Assembly: GCA_000934665.2 (NCBI GenBank)
Contig: KZ538175.1
Span: 1-64,000 of the forward strand
Reading direction: 5' to 3'
Length of the DNA stretch: 64,000 nucleotides
Source of the DNA: Catajapyx aquilonaris
Lineage: Eukaryota
Shown here: positions 58,573 through 64,000 of the stretch, one piece after another
How positions within the stretch are numbered: the first letter of the stretch is position 1
Layout: each line of letters begins with the position of its first letter
The notes under the pieces: generated by a model
Told to the model about the DNA's origin: nothing
The model's database searches: none
The model's input: the letters and a program-made list of their open reading frames with translations, nothing else
Program-made: the position numbers and the translations under genes

Positions 58573-61500
58573 TAGTTGAGAGGAAGCAGAGCTATATACG
58601 GAGACTCTCTGGCTTCTATCTCGTTATTCTCGGCCGGATGACCATATTGCCTTCCCAAAGTAGAGGGACGTGAAGCTCACCCTTTCAATTTCACTCTCCA
58701 GATTGATCCCCAAGACTAGGAACCCACCAAGCAGTTTCATCTCGTCGGTATAAAGATTCCTGAGTCGTCCAGATCTGCTACGGCCTCAAACCTTATGGCC
58801 TTCATATTACCCTTGCTACTTTTACGAGTAGGCACGTCCAATTTGGGTGGAAAATGTTCATACGCGACTTTTGACCCATGCATTATTTTTTCCTCACTTT
58901 CTGAGAGCCCAATTGAGCACTTTCTATTAAGAAAAGGCGTTTCTCCACGCATGCGCGCCCTTTTGCCGAACACATAAAAACACAGCTGGAAAGTTATATG
59001 AACCACAAAATTTCAATACCTAAATTGGTTTGAAATGAGAACAACATCAAGCATATAGGCACGACTTGGTAGGTATTTGGTAGACCATACAGAACGAGGT
59101 GTGACCACAACTTTAGTAATATAGCGGGAACCGGCTCACAAGCGTCAAACAAATTCAATAGCGTTCGCATAAGAGCAGATTAACCACGGCGATAATTGAT
59201 TCGCAGTATAGGGCTAACCAGGAAATAAAGGTAGCTGATTATTGCACTAATAAATGCTGATTTTGTAAACGAACCTTTACATTAATACTGCATGCTTAGC
59301 AGGTTAACCGGCTTGATAGAGCGGGGCTGCAAATGGATGGAATTCATCTCTAGGCAATCAGGTTTGTGCATACAATGTAGAGCTTCACTGTGAGTCTACA
59401 ATAATATCCGAAGAAATACACCTTCATCCTGGCAACGACAATTTTGTTTACGTGATGAACTTGGCAATTGAGATCCGGAAAGAGTTTCATCAAAGTTGGT
59501 ACAAAAGGAAAAGCCATCAAAAGGGACCCGTGGAATAATATTCCCTAAAGTTGGCGACAATCACAGACCGGCCGACTGTAACCAATGAGTTGACGGTTTT
59601 CAAGTTCTCTCTCTGAGAGAAACTTGAAAGCTCCAAAGTTGGCATGCAAGTGTAATGACGTTCTCAGAATAGGCTTCACTACGATGGAACCCAAACCAGC
59701 TTGAAAAGGAATTCAAACCATCTTTGTCGGTTCCAACTCAAAAAAAGTGCCAGCAGAGAGAAGTCGCGGAACCTTTATTGGGCTCATTGACGTGAAACTG
59801 TCAGCAGTCGAAACATTATGTTCGCCTTTGAAAAAGAAAAGCATTTACCTAACACCCCTTTTCCATTCTTGCACTATCGGATCTTCTACAATGGCCTTTC
59901 AATAGCAATGATAGCAGTTGGCTGAAAGGCTCGTTTCATCCCTCTTATCTGGACTACACATTGGCTTTATTCCTGTTATGCCACGTGTTTTCCACTTTTT
60001 AATGGTCACTTCCCTAGTTTGGTCCATCTGGTGACATCATATATCTACAGTATTGGAGTCACGGCAACAGGACAGCCATTTTTTTTTAAAGGAGACAACT
60101 AGTGGGCAGGTAACACCTGGTGCTTGCTAGTGAGGACAAAGCCATTTGAAGATATCCCGGTTTCAGTTCAACTTTTCGAAAATTTAGGAAATAGTCCGGC
60201 TTCTGCTTTATGCGGATTAATACAATATATTGACGAGCATATACTGCACTGCACTGCCACACAAGCTAACAATCGGGTAGTCATTTTGCTCGCTGTTTCC
60301 CATCAGACTGCAACATGATAGCAAATTCCTATTATTCAAATCTAGTTTGTGCAGTAAAATATGTCTCACTGGTTGGGATGTAGGAATAGCAGGGAGCAAA
60401 TTAACACAAGAACAACATCTACATTAAATTTATTTGAACTGTACATAATTTATTTTAATTGTGCGGAACATAATTATAATCAAACCTCACTAACTACAAT
60501 TAATCGATTCCCACAGAACTACCGGCGTTCGCATACCAATTTGATATATACGGCAGTTAACTGATACTCCTGGCATTGTTTCCCAAATTGCCCATGGAAA
60601 AGTGCACCTATATCAATACTGTAATATCGCCAAAACATGTTATTTATAGGACATAATTTACGTACAGTACTAATTAATTACTGAGTATCCTTATATTTAA
60701 CCAGCAATTCTGCTGTACATAACTGACGTGTAACAATATCTATTCATCAAGCATATTAGTATCGCACAGAAACGGTGCAATGCTCCTTAAATTGGTGGCA
60801 TCAAAACGAATAGAAAATCTTGTAACTCGGCTAATATTCTAAAAAGGCTCGTGGCACGTTTTCGAATGAGCCTAAGCTGCGGAAGTAAACTTCCCCTTGA
60901 ACCCCCTCCCCATCCCTCCCTCAGCATCCCTTTCTTTTTTGTGCTACTGAAAAGATGGCGGTGGAGGGGGAAGGAGAGAAGGGAGACCGGGAGGAGGGGG
61001 GCGTTGGCTTGGGTAGAAACACTAAATCGCTTGCTTGCAGCCGACGGGTGATTACTCCACTTGAAAAAAGCTCCTCTTAGGATTACCGACACCAAATTAA
61101 TTCACTATGGCAGCTACGAAGCGGGTAGAAAGGTTTCTTTCACGGTTGGACAAGAATGCATTGCCAAACAGGGGGGGAGGTGGTGGGGAGAAGTAAAGAA
61201 ATTGAATGAATGAAAAGAGTTCATTTCTTAGACATATAACAAAGGACAAACATTACGACTGAGAGCTGTACAATTTCATTAAGTCTCTCAAGAAGAATAA
61301 AAAAAACTTTCTGCTATTGAAAAGACACATCAGCGTCTATAAAGGCCTTAAAGCTGGAGAAGAGCGCGCGGAAATTGCTGTGTTATCAGACAAAAGTAGT
61401 AGATGGGTCTGTTGCCTATAGTTCATTCAGGTACTTAACGCAAAATGGGCCCCTCCTATCTCAAATACAGGGTGTTCCTATTGAAATTCCCCCTGTGGTT

Positions 61501-64000
61501 AGCAATTTTGGCACTAAACCGTTATCAAATATATTAGCTGTTCGGTTCGATGGAAAACATATATGAGGCCTAATTTCACGACCCCGTGGAGTGTTGGACA
61601 AACAGTACAATCATGCACTGGATGGGTACAATTCTAATCAGACATAATCTCATATTCATCCTTCACAAGCTTGCTGATGAGGCACGTGTGAAGCTAATCT
61701 GACTTGGCAATCGTAGATGATTCTCCCGCCAAGTGAGACCCAAGGCTCCATCTTGCCGTCCAACAATTTTTGCCATGGTGTGTATCCAAAAATGTGTGGT
61801 CCGTGGGTGTAGGCAAGCGGCGAGGAGCACAATGAGTTCGAAGTGGAATTGAATTTGGATGGCGTCGGGTTGGGTGTGCGGCTGGCTGGCTGGCGAGAGG
61901 CGCTCGTTCCCCGGATGTCCGGGGTGTTGCGGCCGCAACGAGTCGTCTCTTGGATCCCATTTTGCCAGACCGGCTTCCTGGCCTCCGATCGACGAGCTTG
62001 TCTGCGAACTCTGACCGCCTATCCCAGCTCGCTAATCTCGTTTCTGGACCCCGCAAGGCCACAAAGCCACCAAATCCTCTCTCTTGCCGACGACCAAGCC
62101 CCCCTATAGATAGTGCTCGGCGCTGTCTCAACTACGACTGACTTTGTCCTGCGCCGTCAACCCTCCTTCCCCACATTTCCACTGGCAAATCTGTAGTGAA
62201 AGCACCAAAGGGGGTACTCCGCCAGGGGCTCAAGATTAGGGTACACGCGGTGCCGGATTCAATCTAACTGATGAGTATAATTGGCCCCAAATATTAGGTG
62301 TCACTGAGGAGGTTCAGGGTGGCGTCGGAGGAGCCCAGAGAGAAACTTGAGCAGGGAAGAGCGAACTTGGAGATCAACATATTTGCCAAAAGGGCATCCT
62401 TGAAGGAGCATCAACTCACATTACGGGAAAATTATTCCTGATTATATATTCATATCAAAAATTTGCCTTAATTTGTGTTCATGTACTGGGCCTTATGTGT
62501 AGGTTCACAGAGAAGGAAAGTTAATTGTTGTATATAACTAAAAGGGGTCGTGGGACCGCTGTGATTAGTTGGTGTGAATAGGGGAGGTATGATGATGGGT
62601 GACAAAGAGGTGAAGGGTGGGGACAAAGAAAGCGTGACATCATTTAGGGACGGCAACTCCCCTCCTCTAATGTTGTAATAGCCAACAGCAAAAGACATCG
62701 CAGACGTGATGTAGTCCACTATACTGTCGCCTCTCATTCGCCACTCCGCAGTTTAAATTTTTTTTTATATTTAAAAATAACAATGCGGGTGGCTCAGATC
62801 AAAGAGCGTCAACACAATACATTTCAATGTATGTTACATGCATGGCTCATTCTGGTAACAGGCATTTAGAAATGGGAACTGATTTTTTCCACAGGCCAAT
62901 GAAACAGCTAACATAACTGTAATCCATTCCGCTGCGCCCATGGCTAAAAATACCTTTGCAAACATAACGCCTTTTAGCAACACACTTGTCATTTAACTGG
63001 CATTATTGGATTTGGAGCACGTAGCGAAACTGCGGACTAAATTTCCCGAGCACCTAGTGTAGTGCACGTATCGTGAATGTCCTCATTACCAGAGTTAACT
63101 CTGAAAGGGCTGCACAGTGGACAGGAAGGCACAATGGTTGAGCACATTCCAATCCCATGCAATGGTCTCCTTTGTCGCTTTGTTATGATGGGTCCAGTCC
63201 CAAGTGGCCACAACACTGGTAGCAACCGAAACAAATTTGATTAGGCAACCTTGTATCCATCCCCCCAGTTCGGACCAGCCAGCTTCCACGTCCATCTGGC
63301 CATTCATTCGCGATACCATGGTTCCCAACCTCAGGCTTTAAACACACCAATCACGAGGACCTACATAATGGCGCTGTCTATTTAAACGTCATTTTTTCAT
63401 GGCGCTATTAACGTAGTCACGGATGAAAAGGGCCGAGTTTATGACTCGGCGGTGTGCTAAGGTCATTGTCCATGTCAAGGGGATTTACTGCGGTCATTTA
63501 AGCCAACAAGCTTGGGAGGAAGGAGACGGGGCCAAGGGGGTCACTTACGACCATCTCCTGGGATAAGTTAAATTTATTCGCCATTGTTGCTTTTCTAGCT
63601 TTCGCCTTATGCTTGACGACCGCTGGAGCCTTCCAGGCATTAAAATGTTTAGCATTCTATGAGTCCAGAATCTGTAATGTAAGTATGGGGAAATGCTTCT
63701 TAGAAACCTTTGGCTTCGACTACGAATTACAAAATTATGTGTCTTGTTATGCACGCACCTTCTCGAAAGATTCTTCTATAGGCATAGTCCACAACCTTTC
63801 TAATGTAATTATTAAGCAATTAATGTGTTTCATTCATCCTCAAAAATATATAATGGGTAACATGCCAATGGCAGCCCTGTTAGATTCATATGTGAGCTCA
63901 ATTAAAAAGAAACAAGCAGTTAGCAAGCCATAAGTATATTTCATGTCGCTGGAAACAAAGCAAGATTGTGACCTCCTGGGAGCAGCCTGTCACACTTTTC

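Noticed and set aside
61660..61705. Hammerhead ribozyme around CTGATGAG
   Set aside because: No GAAA core after a proper stem II and no closing stems.

Overview
Eukaryotic genomic DNA, most likely arthropod (probably insect), with three N-gaps beside G/C homopolymers. Two spliced genes lie in tandem on the minus strand. (1) A frazzled/DCC/neogenin netrin receptor: 26 coding exons from 37799 to 10975 encode 4 Ig, 6 FNIII, a TM helix and the P1/P2/P3 motifs. Its signal-peptide exon was not found, so 37.8-64 kb is probably a very large first intron. (2) A compact Fes/Fer-family tyrosine kinase at ~7114-1287 (~426 aa) with SH2 and kinase domains but no F-BAR. Its activation loop has no Tyr and it ends in a YEN-containing tail. 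Each gene has one GC-AG intron. The introns hold tRNA-derived SINEs with clear TSDs and interchangeable 3' tails, nested palindromic MITEs, a TSD-bounded hAT element, mariner remnants and a probable Helitron. The best leads are the atypical Fer paralog, a possible in-frame fra-kinase read-through splice, a splice acceptor that would give a secreted ectodomain, a sharp CpG-depletion boundary and the modular SINEs. Exon coordinates were read by eye and family calls rest on recalled motifs; no database searches were run.
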